DNA of 49,315 nt, taken from the IMG/VR virus record IMGVR_UViG_3300022927_000033, positions 1 to 49,315 of that record; one strand, written 5' to 3'. This stretch comes from a virus (Duplodnaviria; Caudoviricetes). Made by a program: the position numbers and the translations under genes. The first letter of the stretch is position 1. The number at the start of each line of letters is the position of its first letter. Shown one piece after another: positions 27,650-36,532 of the stretch. The notes under the pieces are model-generated. The model saw nothing but the letters and a program-made list of their open reading frames with translations. It did not search any database and was not told where the DNA came from.

Positions 27650-28762
27650 TTATAACTCCGAGATAAATGCTAATTTACAAGCTACATCAGTTGTGTCTAT
27701 AAAACAAGCTTGACCTTGAACTCTAGATAATCCTGATAAAGATATATACTCGTTTGTTGTACCACCTTGACTCCAAATTGATACACTTGTTGCATTGGAT
27801 GTACCATTACCCGCAAAGACTCTAAAATTAGTTGCTGAAGCAACTTCAATACTTGGGTCCGTTCTCATATTCACTGGAAATTTGATGTTTGCATAAGCTA
27901 CTGCTGCTGTATACATAGCACCATTTGCTACTGCCCTTGCATTTCCTTCACAATGTAAATAGTAATACCTCTGACATCTTGCTAACTGCATATCGTATGG
28001 CATAACTTCAAATGGTGTAGCTGTGTCACCTACTTCTAGTTGAACGCCTGTGATGTTAATGTAATTATTTACAGCATCCCCTAGGTTAACTTGCCCAACA
28101 AATCTATCTGTTGCTACAGCACTTCCCCAAGATGTTTGTAATGTTCCTGATGTTTCAAAAGTTCCAACCGCTAAAGCAAGGAAAAGCAGCATACTTTGAT
28201 TATTATCATTATCTAATACTCCTGTTGTATCACCAGCAAAAGTAATTATTTTCTTTTCCCATGTATCTGCTGTGTTAATGGTGTATGCTTTACTTATATA
28301 CCTAGTATTGTCTGAATCATATAAGTTTGCAATATATGTTCCAGTCTTATTAGACTTTACCCAAAATGATAAAGTTAATGATTCAGCATTGGCAGTACCT
28401 TTTTTAAGGTGTTGTAACATTTGTCCTTCAAATCTTTGTCCTACCATTAATCTTTCATTTGTTCCAACAGCAGAAGCAGTAGTACATTGCATTTTTAAAC
28501 TATTGCTAAATCCTTGTCCTGTTGGAACATCTGTTGATTGTGTTTGTGTCCATGTAGCAGATGAATTAGCATAGCTTGTACTCCATCTATCAGCAGTACA
28601 ATATCCTCCACTAGTAATCCCTGTTACACTCGTCCCCCTCTGTGCTATTTGCATGTTGCCATTAATTATGAGGTTCTTCGTTCCAATAGGAGACGCGGCG
28701 GCCGGTTGGTTTGATCCGTCGTTGTAGGTTACTCCAGCTGTTCCGTTAAGTTGTAGTGCCAT
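27650..28762 (-). CDS. Tail fibre / receptor-binding protein (paralog 2)
   Basis: KNLIINGNMQIAQRGT...LSFWVKSNKTGTY...CQRYY. Confidence 0.75.
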   Translation of the reverse strand: MALQLNGTAGVTYNDGSNQPAAASPIGTKNLIINGNMQIAQRGTSVTGITSGGYCTADRWSTSYANSSATWTQTQSTDVPTGQGFSNSLKMQCTTASAVGTNERLMVGQRFEGQMLQHLKKGTANAESLTLSFWVKSNKTGTYIANLYDSDNTRYISKAYTINTADTWEKKIITFAGDTTGVLDNDNNQSMLLFLALAVGTFETSGTLQTSWGSAVATDRFVGQVNLGDAVNNYINITGVQLEVGDTATPFEVMPYDMQLARCQRYYYLHCEGNARAVANGAMYTAAVAYANIKFPVNMRTDPSIEVASATNFRVFAGNGTSNATSVSIWSQGGTTNEYISLSGLSRVQGQACFIDTTDVACKLAFISEL

Positions 28763-29031
28763 TATTCATCTCCACTCATTTGAGCTTCTCGCTCCGCTAA
28801 AAATGTAGCGTATGCGTCTTTTACTTCTTGTTTGTGAAACTGTTGACACATAGCTTGTACATCTGCGTGTTCGTTGCTGTAGTTTTGACCTGGTGCTATT
28901 ACCCATCTGTGATATGTTGACGATATAACTTTACCATCTTCTACAATGTCAGTTCTTTCACGCACTTGAATATGTTTGTAGTCACCGACTACTTCTATTT
29001 TATCTATTGTTTTTGTTTTAGTTATTGCCAT
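28762..29031 (-). CDS. Small tail-fibre-associated protein
   Basis: IDKIEVVG...IQVR...EDGKVISSTYHRWV; AAGGA RBS; follows a fibre gene. Confidence 0.7.
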   Translation of the reverse strand: MAITKTKTIDKIEVVGDYKHIQVRERTDIVEDGKVISSTYHRWVIAPGQNYSNEHADVQAMCQQFHKQEVKDAYATFLAEREAQMSGDE

Positions 29032-29049
29032 ATTTATTCCTTAAACTTT

Positions 29050-29574
29050 TTATACTTGAGAGCGATATGTAAATACGCATCTGCACGCTCCTACTGCAGC
29101 CGCAGTTTCTCCATCTGAAGTAGAATACAAAGTCGTTGCATTTTTGGATATTCTCCAAAATCTATTAGTAGTATATTTTGCATAACCTGTTGTTCCATAA
29201 TTGCCATAACTTTTAACTAGAAATGGAAGACCACCAATATAATAGTCTGTAAAAGAAGTTGCAACATTAAATTGAAACATCACAGTAACCATTTGACCAA
29301 CTTTTACATATACACCATTAGGATTAGTAAATGCTCCTGTAGCATCTCCATTTGTTGTTGGTGTCCATGTTCCTTCTTCATAATCATCTAATAAGTTAGC
29401 AGATGCTGTACCACCAAGATAGATACCGCCTGTAGGGCTTAAATTACCACTTCCATCATCCGTTACTATATTCCCAGTCCCAGTCGGTAAAGTCAGCGTG
29501 GTTGAGCCTGCGACGTCGGGTGCGGCGATTTCAACTTGACCTGATGTGTTTCCTTTGATTACTATGCTAGACAT
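29050..29574 (-). CDS. Short tail fibre protein
   Basis: ANLLDDYEEGTWTP...YVKVGQMVTV...GGLPF fibre motifs; N-terminus shared with 30275-30544. Confidence 0.7.
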   Translation of the reverse strand: MSSIVIKGNTSGQVEIAAPDVAGSTTLTLPTGTGNIVTDDGSGNLSPTGGIYLGGTASANLLDDYEEGTWTPTTNGDATGAFTNPNGVYVKVGQMVTVMFQFNVATSFTDYYIGGLPFLVKSYGNYGTTGYAKYTTNRFWRISKNATTLYSTSDGETAAAVGACRCVFTYRSQV

Positions 29575-29660
29575 TATCTAGTTCCTCTTGTGTTGGCTTG
29601 GTAAGGGTTGGATGATTCCATTCTTTGATATAGTGTTATTATCTTTTCATATAATGTCAT
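29567..29660 (-). pseudogene. Internally deleted, frameshifted XkdW-like paralog
   Basis: MTLYEKIITLY is joined through ACTATAT to YIKEWNHPTLTKPTQEELDNV in another frame. The middle of the intact paralog (25061-25237) is missing. Confidence 0.75.
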
Positions 29661-29663
29661 AAT

Positions 29664-30254
29664 CTACCCTATCAATTTAAATCCTGAAAGCTCTGTATAA
29701 TCTACGGAAAAATTAATAAAAGGGCTTCCAGAAGTTACTCTATCGCATTGTCCGTATAACTCTAATTCATCTCCAGCTGACAAATTAATAATACTTGCCC
29801 TAGTCATATGAAATGCTCTTCCGTAATTTGCCGCAGGAGCAAAATAAACTCTATTATATCTAACTCCATTAATATATAGATATGCAAGAGTAATGTTTGC
29901 TTGTGTATTTGCACCAGCATCTATTCTTAATGAATAATTAATTTGATAAAGACCCTCGTGTCCAGAAGGAATAACAATTTTAGAATTTGCTGTATCAATA
30001 GCACTATTTGTATCTGTAATTACAGTATCAAGTAACACCTTTGTAACTACATTGTCACCTATAGTTTGATTTGAACCAGAGTTAGTCATTGCAAATACTG
30101 GTCTATTAGATATTACTACGTTATCTTGGTTAATTAGTCCATCAGAAGTTACTTGTGCTTTTGTAATTCCATTAGCCTGTATCTGAACTTCGCCGGACGA
30201 GTCGGAAACTAGCTGTAAGCCGTTTGAACTATCTGCATTTATTCGTGATGCCAT
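29664..30254 (-). CDS. Tail fibre protein with C1q-like head
   Basis: RPVFAM...KIVIPSGHEGLYQINY...NLSAGDELELY...SGFKLIG; N-terminus resembles 30716-31936. Confidence 0.65.
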   Translation of the reverse strand: MASRINADSSNGLQLVSDSSGEVQIQANGITKAQVTSDGLINQDNVVISNRPVFAMTNSGSNQTIGDNVVTKVLLDTVITDTNSAIDTANSKIVIPSGHEGLYQINYSLRIDAGANTQANITLAYLYINGVRYNRVYFAPAANYGRAFHMTRASIINLSAGDELELYGQCDRVTSGSPFINFSVDYTELSGFKLIG

Positions 30255-30274
30255 CGTTATCCTTTTTCTCTAAA

Positions 30275-30544
30275 TTATAGCACGACCCAACGTTGTCCCG
30301 TCGGTATAGTCACCGTTACACTCGGGTCTATTGTTATTGGCCCAACACTCATTGCGTTTTGCCCAGTTGATAAAGTGTAGTCTGCACTGATCGTTGTTGT
30401 GTTTTCGTATAAGACCCCGCCTGCTTTTGCTACGACTAAGTTCCCACTGGTTGAGGGTAAGTTGATTGTAGTAGACCCTGCCTCGTCAGGTGCAGATAAG
30501 GTTACGGTTCCGCTGGTATTACCAGCAACAATAATATCAGCCAT
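30275..30544 (-). CDS. Small two-module fibre adaptor protein
   Basis: N-half matches the N-terminus of 29050-29574; C-half is the EN...DYT...GPITI...W.V(L/V) module. Confidence 0.7.
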   Translation of the reverse strand: MADIIVAGNTSGTVTLSAPDEAGSTTINLPSTSGNLVVAKAGGVLYENTTTISADYTLSTGQNAMSVGPITIDPSVTVTIPTGQRWVVL

Positions 30545-30714
30545 TAATCAGCCTCCTCTGCTACATTCATTGGACTTGCTTTAGTCCATTCTACATATGT
30601 TTGGTTAGTATTATCTACTGGAAAAGATGTAAAACTACCATCACCATTATCTATAATAATATGTTGTTGAGTTACACCATTTACACTTTCTGTAATAATT
30701 GTTTTATATGTCAT
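30544..30714 (-). CDS. Small tail-fibre chaperone-like protein, 56 aa (not in ORF track)
   Basis: MTYKTIITESVNG...FPVDNTNQTYVEWTKASPMNVAEEAD; TAATG coupling to the next gene. Confidence 0.75.
   Translation of the reverse strand: MTYKTIITESVNGVTQQHIIIDNGDGSFTSFPVDNTNQTYVEWTKASPMNVAEEAD
30554..30590. repeat. 37-bp exact direct repeat (second copy at 26012-26048)
   Basis: TCCTCTGCTACATTCATTGGACTTGCTTTAGTCCATT occurs at both positions and encodes the WTKASPMNVAE end of two chaperone-like genes. Confidence 0.9.
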
Positions 30715-30715
30715 A

Positions 30716-31936
30716 TTATAGCTCCGAATTAAATGCTATATAATTAGTGCTACCATTGGGAAGAACTGCATACATTTTTTGTGCTGTTAGTCCTGTAGAT
30801 GTAAAATTCATAGTACAAGAATCTGTGCCAGATTCAGCAATACCAACTGCTGAAAAAGCTGTAACTGCACCACCTAGCCACCATCCCATTCCTTGATAAT
30901 CAATAGAACTAGGATTATTTCTCATAGTCGTTGGAAATGGCACATGACCATACATATTAGTAGTATTTGCTGCCATTGCCCAAGCAACCCAATTGTTAGA
31001 TGAAGAAGTGTTCCATTTGTAATAATACCTCTGACATCTTGCTAACTCTACATCATAAGGTAAGTTCTCGAAGTCTGTCGCGGTTGAGCCTGCTTCTAAC
31101 TGAACGCCTGTGATGTTAATGTAATTAGAAGTGGAGTCTGCTAAATTTGTTTGTCCTACTGCACGATTAGCTGCTGTTAATGATGCCCATGATGTTGCCA
31201 AAGTTCCAGATGTATAATTACTTCCAGCAGCTAACCATGTGATAAATTCAAAACTTCTTGCATTGTCGTTATCAAATGCACCCGTGGTATCACCAGCAAA
31301 TGTTATTGTTTTCTTTTCCCATGTATTAGCACTAGAAATTGTATATGCAGAACAAATATGTCTTATATTATCTGCATCATATAGTTCACAGATATATGTT
31401 CCAGTTTTATTTGATTTAACCCAGAATGATGCGGTTAATGATTCTGCATTAGCTGTACCTTTTTTTAGCTGTTGTAAGTTTTGACCTTCCATTGAAGAGA
31501 TAGATAAAAACAATGCTGCATCTGCTGACAATGATGCTTGTGCTGTTGTATTATCTACTTTGTATGAATTAGCAAACCCTTGACCACTAGGAACATCTGT
31601 ATCTTGACTAGCTGTAAAAGCATAAGTGCCACTACCTAGTCCAACCCATTTTACTCTGTCTGGAGCATTTGCATATTTTACTGTAACACCTAGACCAGTC
31701 TCACTCGTTCCCCTCTGTGCTATCCTCATATCTCCGTTGATGATAAGGTTACGGAAACTTGGTTGGGTTGAGTAGACTGCGCCGTTTTGAGAGAAAGACC
31801 CGGTGACAGCAACGCCACTTGAAGTGACGCTCATTACAGTAGAGCCACCAGACTGAATATTAATATTCCCGGTATTATCGGCTGTGGTCTCTAGTCCACC
31901 AACTCCACTTGTTTTTGCATTAATGTTAATTGCCAT
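30716..31936 (-). CDS. Tail fibre / receptor-binding protein (paralog 3)
   Basis: RNLIINGDMRIAQRGT...ASFWVKSNKTGTY...CQRYY. Confidence 0.75.
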   Translation of the reverse strand: MAININAKTSGVGGLETTADNTGNINIQSGGSTVMSVTSSGVAVTGSFSQNGAVYSTQPSFRNLIINGDMRIAQRGTSETGLGVTVKYANAPDRVKWVGLGSGTYAFTASQDTDVPSGQGFANSYKVDNTTAQASLSADAALFLSISSMEGQNLQQLKKGTANAESLTASFWVKSNKTGTYICELYDADNIRHICSAYTISSANTWEKKTITFAGDTTGAFDNDNARSFEFITWLAAGSNYTSGTLATSWASLTAANRAVGQTNLADSTSNYINITGVQLEAGSTATDFENLPYDVELARCQRYYYKWNTSSSNNWVAWAMAANTTNMYGHVPFPTTMRNNPSSIDYQGMGWWLGGAVTAFSAVGIAESGTDSCTMNFTSTGLTAQKMYAVLPNGSTNYIAFNSEL

Positions 31937-31943
31937 ATTATCC

Positions 31944-33185
31944 CTATGATATTCTTACTATGAGATGCATAAAGTAGTAGGTAGTAAAAATGGTGGTCGA
32001 AGAACTGTAGTTAAACTTACCCATAACTCGCCAAGTCCCAGTATAAGGTAATACAGCACTACCAGAAATCGTACTATTAAGAGCATATCCTCCATTAGAA
32101 CTCTGGGATGATGAGGTGACTATTCCATATGTACCTACACCATTATAAGTAGTAGACGCTCCTGTACCTGGAGGCGTTGCCCAAGTAAATGTACCATCAC
32201 CGTCAGCACGTAAATATTGAGATGTATTACCGTTACCCGAAACATTTAACTCCGAAGCACCTACTGCATTAGCAGCAATCTCACTAGCACCAACGGCATC
32301 GGCTGCAATCTTATCAGCAGTGACAGAGTTAGATCCTAATTTTGCATTAGTGACTGCACTATTAGCTATTTCGGTTGTACCTACTGCATTAGCTACAATT
32401 TGTGCATTAGAAGCAGTACCGCTTAAATCACCGCCCATTGTCGGGTCAGAACTAAGAGTAGTCCATGTAGGAGTGCCTGAGCCAGCAGATGTTAATACTT
32501 GCCCGTTTGATCCAGCAGCACCATCAACTTGGAAGTTACCAGTAACATTTAGTGTGCCGGATGAAGTAGCTGTACCTGTTAAAGATGTCGTTCCTGTTAA
32601 TGTAGCCGTACCAGACGTATTAATAATTGTAGTACCCCCGACAGTTCCGCCTGATACATTAATTGCTGTAGCGTTTTGTGTAGCCATTGAACCAAGACCA
32701 AGATTAGTTCTTGCAGTAGCTGAATCAGAAGCTCCAGTACCACCATCAGCAACAGCTAGGTCTGTAGCAAGTGTTAAGGAAGAAAGATGAGTAATAGCAT
32801 CAACCACATTAGTACTATCATTATATAAGTACATGGTTTTACCGGCAGGAATAGAAATACCGGTACCTGTAGAGTTTTTAACTGTAACTGCGTCGGCTAG
32901 GCCATTATTAACAATATAGACTTTTTCAATTGCTGGGACTACTAAGTTACGAGCTCCGCCTGATACCCCTGTTAGGTTAAGCCTTAAATTACGAGCAGCT
33001 TGTGTTGTGTTAGTATCAGTAAGAGTTAAAGTAACATCAGCACTAGAAAAACTAACATCTTCAGAGCCTGTAATAGCTTCTTCAAGAGCTGTGCCTAAGT
33101 TAGTATTAGTTGTTGTGCCCCATGTACCGGATTGTTCACCTGTACCAATGAGTTCTATTTTTAAATCTGAATACGTACTTGCCAT
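31944..33185 (-). CDS. Tail fibre proximal / structural protein
   Basis: MASTYS.LKIELIGTGEQSGTWGTTTNTN; LAVADGGTGAS...ARTNLGLG; (I/L)xxNAVG 10-aa repeats. Confidence 0.7.
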   Translation of the reverse strand: MASTYSDLKIELIGTGEQSGTWGTTTNTNLGTALEEAITGSEDVSFSSADVTLTLTDTNTTQAARNLRLNLTGVSGGARNLVVPAIEKVYIVNNGLADAVTVKNSTGTGISIPAGKTMYLYNDSTNVVDAITHLSSLTLATDLAVADGGTGASDSATARTNLGLGSMATQNATAINVSGGTVGGTTIINTSGTATLTGTTSLTGTATSSGTLNVTGNFQVDGAAGSNGQVLTSAGSGTPTWTTLSSDPTMGGDLSGTASNAQIVANAVGTTEIANSAVTNAKLGSNSVTADKIAADAVGASEIAANAVGASELNVSGNGNTSQYLRADGDGTFTWATPPGTGASTTYNGVGTYGIVTSSSQSSNGGYALNSTISGSAVLPYTGTWRVMGKFNYSSSTTIFTTYYFMHLIVRIS

Positions 33186-33210
33186 AATAAATCCTTGAAT
33201 TTATGTTATT

Positions 33211-33417
33211 TTAACTTGATTGTCCTTGCATTGGAATACTTGTGACATAAATAGCCGTATGGCGTTTTTCATTCCAAGCTTCTCCGCAATCAGAACAAGT
33301 CCCTGAGTTATATTCTTCTGCATCAACTATCATGCCACAATTAGAACACTCTAATCCTACTTCGTAAGTACATTCTATTTGACCGTCTTCTTTATGTTTT
33401 GCATCTACTTTTATCAT
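33211..33417 (-). CDS. Small Zn-ribbon protein
   Basis: CSNCG...CSDCG. Confidence 0.65.
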   Translation of the reverse strand: MIKVDAKHKEDGQIECTYEVGLECSNCGMIVDAEEYNSGTCSDCGEAWNEKRHTAIYVTSIPMQGQSS

Positions 33418-34445
33418 GCTGCTATCTCCATCCAGTTAGGTGATTGCGCATCATTAACATCTACCCAACCATCAGTTTGTGAATCGTCTATATCTACCCA
33501 GTTTGGAGTTTGGTTATCATCTATTTCACTCCATACTAACACATCGCTTGTAAAGCCTGTAGCAAAGACACCGAGTACTAATACATCTGCATTTGCTGTA
33601 ACTCCTACCGTACCTAGTTCAGTAGTACCTTCTACACCGGTAACATCAACAACTGCGTTCGCTGCTACAGTAACGGTACCCACCGCCATTGTACCAATAA
33701 CACCGGTAACAATTATATTAGCATCACCTGTAACAGTAACGGTACCCACCGCCATTGTACCAATAACACCAGTAACTAAGACATTAGAATCAGCTTCTAC
33801 TGTCGCTGTACCAAGCTGTCCTGTTGCTTCTAACCCAGTCACATCGATATAGTTATTTGTAATAAGTTCTATATCGCCTAGTTGACCTGTTGCTTCTACA
33901 CCTGTGACTACTACATTTGTATCGGCTTCAACTACTGCTGTACCTAGTTGAGTTGTGCCTTCTACACCAGTAACATTTACAACAGCTTTAGCTTCTATGT
34001 CTACAGTGCCTGTTTCGCCTGTAGCCTCGTTACCTATTACATCTACATCAGCATCTGCTTCAACTACTGCAGTGCCTAACTGTGTGGTGCCTAAAACACC
34101 TATTACATCTACAACCGCTCCAGCTTCTACTGTCGCTGTGCCTAACTGTGTAGTACCTTCTAATCCTGTTACACTTACATTAGCATCGGCAGTAACTACT
34201 ACACTGCCTGTTTGTCCTGTTGCTTCTACACCTGTTACATTTACAACTGCTTCTGCTACTACAGTTGCTGTACCTAATTGTCCTTGTGCCTGTACGCCGG
34301 TTACATTTATAACTGCATCAGCTGTTACTACTGCTGTGCCTAACTGAGTATTACCTTGAACCCCAGTAACAGCAACACTTACACTACCTGCTACGCCCTG
34401 TGCTGAAAACGGGGCGCTGGAAAAAGGACTATCAGAAAATAACAT
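33414..34445 (-). CDS. Repetitive V/T/G-rich structural protein (22-aa repeats)
   Basis: About a dozen repeats of VTGV.(A/G)T.QLGTA.V.A.A.V; Trp-spaced C-terminal repeats; 38-bp exact DNA repeat at 33667 and 33733. Confidence 0.75.
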   Translation of the reverse strand: MLFSDSPFSSAPFSAQGVAGSVSVAVTGVQGNTQLGTAVVTADAVINVTGVQAQGQLGTATVVAEAVVNVTGVEATGQTGSVVVTADANVSVTGLEGTTQLGTATVEAGAVVDVIGVLGTTQLGTAVVEADADVDVIGNEATGETGTVDIEAKAVVNVTGVEGTTQLGTAVVEADTNVVVTGVEATGQLGDIELITNNYIDVTGLEATGQLGTATVEADSNVLVTGVIGTMAVGTVTVTGDANIIVTGVIGTMAVGTVTVAANAVVDVTGVEGTTELGTVGVTANADVLVLGVFATGFTSDVLVWSEIDDNQTPNWVDIDDSQTDGWVDVNDAQSPNWMEIAA

Positions 34446-34961
34446 TTAGAGCACCAGCCATCTTGATCCTGATGGAACAGTGAACGCTGTGCCACTGGCT
34501 ACAGTAACAGGTCCGGTGCTCGTTGCGTTATACCCTGAAGGTACCGTGTAATTAATTGAGATAGTTTTATTATTAACAAACACACCATTTGAGGCGACCA
34601 TCTCTTCGCCTGTTATAGTTCCATCAACTGTGACATCGCCTGCTGCATCTTCATAGACAGCTTTACCTGCAGGATAGACTACAAATACATCTTTATCTCC
34701 TGCACTGAAATTAACCAAACTTCCAGAGTTAGAGGATGCTAGAACTGTATCTCGGCTAAGGGTTGTACCTGACGCTGTATAGGTTCCAATACCAACTTCC
34801 CACTCATCTCCTTCAGGCAATGTAATTGTGTAATACGTTGTATTACCATTACCAATAACAGAAAATGCATCGAAGTCAGTAACGGCCCCTGCAAGCGTAA
34901 TAGTACCGGTCCCAGTGGTTACCGAGGTCTCTTTTACTCTGTCTTTTAGAACAAGAGCCAT
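34446..34961 (-). CDS. Tail structural protein with C-terminal adaptor-like module
   Basis: DRVKETS.TTGTGTITL...EWEVGIGTY...LSRDTVLASSN; C-terminal GPVTV...SRWLVL. Confidence 0.7.
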   Translation of the reverse strand: MALVLKDRVKETSVTTGTGTITLAGAVTDFDAFSVIGNGNTTYYTITLPEGDEWEVGIGTYTASGTTLSRDTVLASSNSGSLVNFSAGDKDVFVVYPAGKAVYEDAAGDVTVDGTITGEEMVASNGVFVNNKTISINYTVPSGYNATSTGPVTVASGTAFTVPSGSRWLVL

Positions 34962-34974
34962 TATAGCCTCCTGA

Positions 34975-35424
34975 TTAGGCTATGCGAATAATAGCGTTGG
35001 ATGAATCAGCTGTTGGGAATACAACTGTAAAGTCCCCATTAGTTGATGTCTTATCTCCACCAAATGCTAATACTGCTACAGCCTTATCTGATTGAGTATC
35101 ATTATAAATCAACGCGCCGTTTGCAGTGATTGTTGCAGATGACCATGTTGTGTCTGCAAAGTCTAACCATGCTGTAGTTGAAGTTGAGGTTGGTGTTTGT
35201 GCTACAGTTAGCGTATTACCGCCTGCTGAGTAGCCTGTACCTGAAACTTCGTTTGTTACTGTATATGCTGTAGTCGTTGCATCTAATGTTGCTGATGATG
35301 TATACAATGCAATTTTAAATGTATCCGCATTAGTACTTCCGCGAGTAACAGTTGTACCAAAAGCATGGATACCATTCAGCAAATCTACCTTAAAGCTTGT
35401 TGCCATAGCTTGTGATATTGCCAT
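34975..35424 (-). CDS. Virion structural protein
   Basis: FKIALYTSSATL...GYSAGGNTL...DFADTTW...GALIYN; context among structural genes. Confidence 0.7.
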   Translation of the reverse strand: MAISQAMATSFKVDLLNGIHAFGTTVTRGSTNADTFKIALYTSSATLDATTTAYTVTNEVSGTGYSAGGNTLTVAQTPTSTSTTAWLDFADTTWSSATITANGALIYNDTQSDKAVAVLAFGGDKTSTNGDFTVVFPTADSSNAIIRIA

Positions 35425-35425
35425 A

Positions 35426-35713
35426 TTAATTCTCCAAAATTTTAATTAAATCTGAATGTCCTGCTTCTCGCAATCTATTCGCCAATGTAGTGCGGTCGGA
35501 TTGTACCGCTTGTTTTAAGTAGAACACTAGAGTGTGTCTAATGCTTTCCTTAAATGCTTCTGCTTGATCTCGTATTAATGGGTTAGCTTCTTTACTCACA
35601 TACATAATTTTAGCTAACGCACGATCTGCAATTTCTTCAGGTGTAAAGCCTCGACCCTCCGTCGTTAATACAGCTACATCACCTTCTAATACATTTCCTT
35701 GATTATCAATCAT
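35426..35713 (-). CDS. Conserved phage hypothetical protein
   Basis: RGFTPEEIA...IRDQAEAFK; overlaps the upstream stop. Confidence 0.75.
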   Translation of the reverse strand: MIDNQGNVLEGDVAVLTTEGRGFTPEEIADRALAKIMYVSKEANPLIRDQAEAFKESIRHTLVFYLKQAVQSDRTTLANRLREAGHSDLIKILEN

Positions 35714-36345
35714 TGTACTTCATACCTTGCTTGCCCACTTCGGTAGGCATCTCGTCTATCTTTACCATCACCTAGTTGTTTTAACATAGATAAGGCTTCT
35801 GTATATCGTTGTGTGTAATTTGCAATTACATCAGGTTCTGCTTTAAGATAAGTAGCTGCTTCCAACAAACTTCCATACAATAAAGTAGTATCAAAGTTAT
35901 CACCCAACCAGCTAGTACCAGCAGTAACGATAGAGGTAGGATAATAAAAATAATGCAACTCAACAGTATAGTTAACGTCGGGCGTAGGACCCAAAATGAA
36001 AGTGTTGTCATCAAATATTCCATAGTATTTTGGCTTTCCATAAAATGCTGAATCAGTATCAGGAAAAGACTCCCTAATAAAGTTTACGTCTTTATTTAAT
36101 AAATAAGTATATTCATTGTTATCATCAATAACAGCTAGGCTATACGTTGCTAACCAATCACTAGGAGTCGTTAAATATTTATTGCCTGATGTCGTATTAC
36201 CGACTTGGTTACGTCGTAAGTCGGGCAGTTGAACTGTATTAAATATACGTTGTTCAGCTTGCTCAATAAATGTATTTACATCAGTCGTATTAAAACTATT
36301 TTCGGAATACGAATTTATTGCTGCCACTAATTGTGTGTAATTCAT
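35710..36345 (-). CDS. Head-tail adaptor / tail tubular A-like protein
   Basis: FIEQAEQRI, GKPKYY, LGPTPD..Y.VELHY and LLYGSLLEA. Confidence 0.65.
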   Translation of the reverse strand: MNYTQLVAAINSYSENSFNTTDVNTFIEQAEQRIFNTVQLPDLRRNQVGNTTSGNKYLTTPSDWLATYSLAVIDDNNEYTYLLNKDVNFIRESFPDTDSAFYGKPKYYGIFDDNTFILGPTPDVNYTVELHYFYYPTSIVTAGTSWLGDNFDTTLLYGSLLEAATYLKAEPDVIANYTQRYTEALSMLKQLGDGKDRRDAYRSGQARYEVQ

Positions 36346-36354
36346 TACTTATCC

Positions 36355-36522
36355 TTATGCCATTGGACCGCGAGCTTTTGTACCTTTTGTTGCTGCGCCA
36401 TTACCGCGTGTTACGACACCTTCAGTTTTAACATCCTTTTCAGGATACCCAGCTGTGTTAGGTGTTGCTACCATTTCTGGTTGCTTATAAGTGTGGTTAC
36501 AGCCTTTTCTATCTTTATTCAT
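36355..36522 (-). CDS. Small protein, 55 aa (not in ORF track)
   Basis: MNKDRKG...VKTEGVVTRGNGAATKGTKARGPMA; AAGGAG RBS. Confidence 0.75.
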   Translation of the reverse strand: MNKDRKGCNHTYKQPEMVATPNTAGYPEKDVKTEGVVTRGNGAATKGTKARGPMA

Positions 36523-36532
36523 ATTATACTCC

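Noticed and set aside
24042-31936. Diversity-generating retroelement or invertase shufflon acting on the fibre paralogs
   Set aside because: No reverse transcriptase or recombinase in the window. The repeats are short, direct and exact, not a long template/variable pair differing at adenines, and all genes share one orientation.
33600-34400. CRISPR-like periodic repeats
   Set aside because: The 66-bp periodicity is degenerate and codon-phased within a repeat protein; there is no constant repeat with unique spacers.
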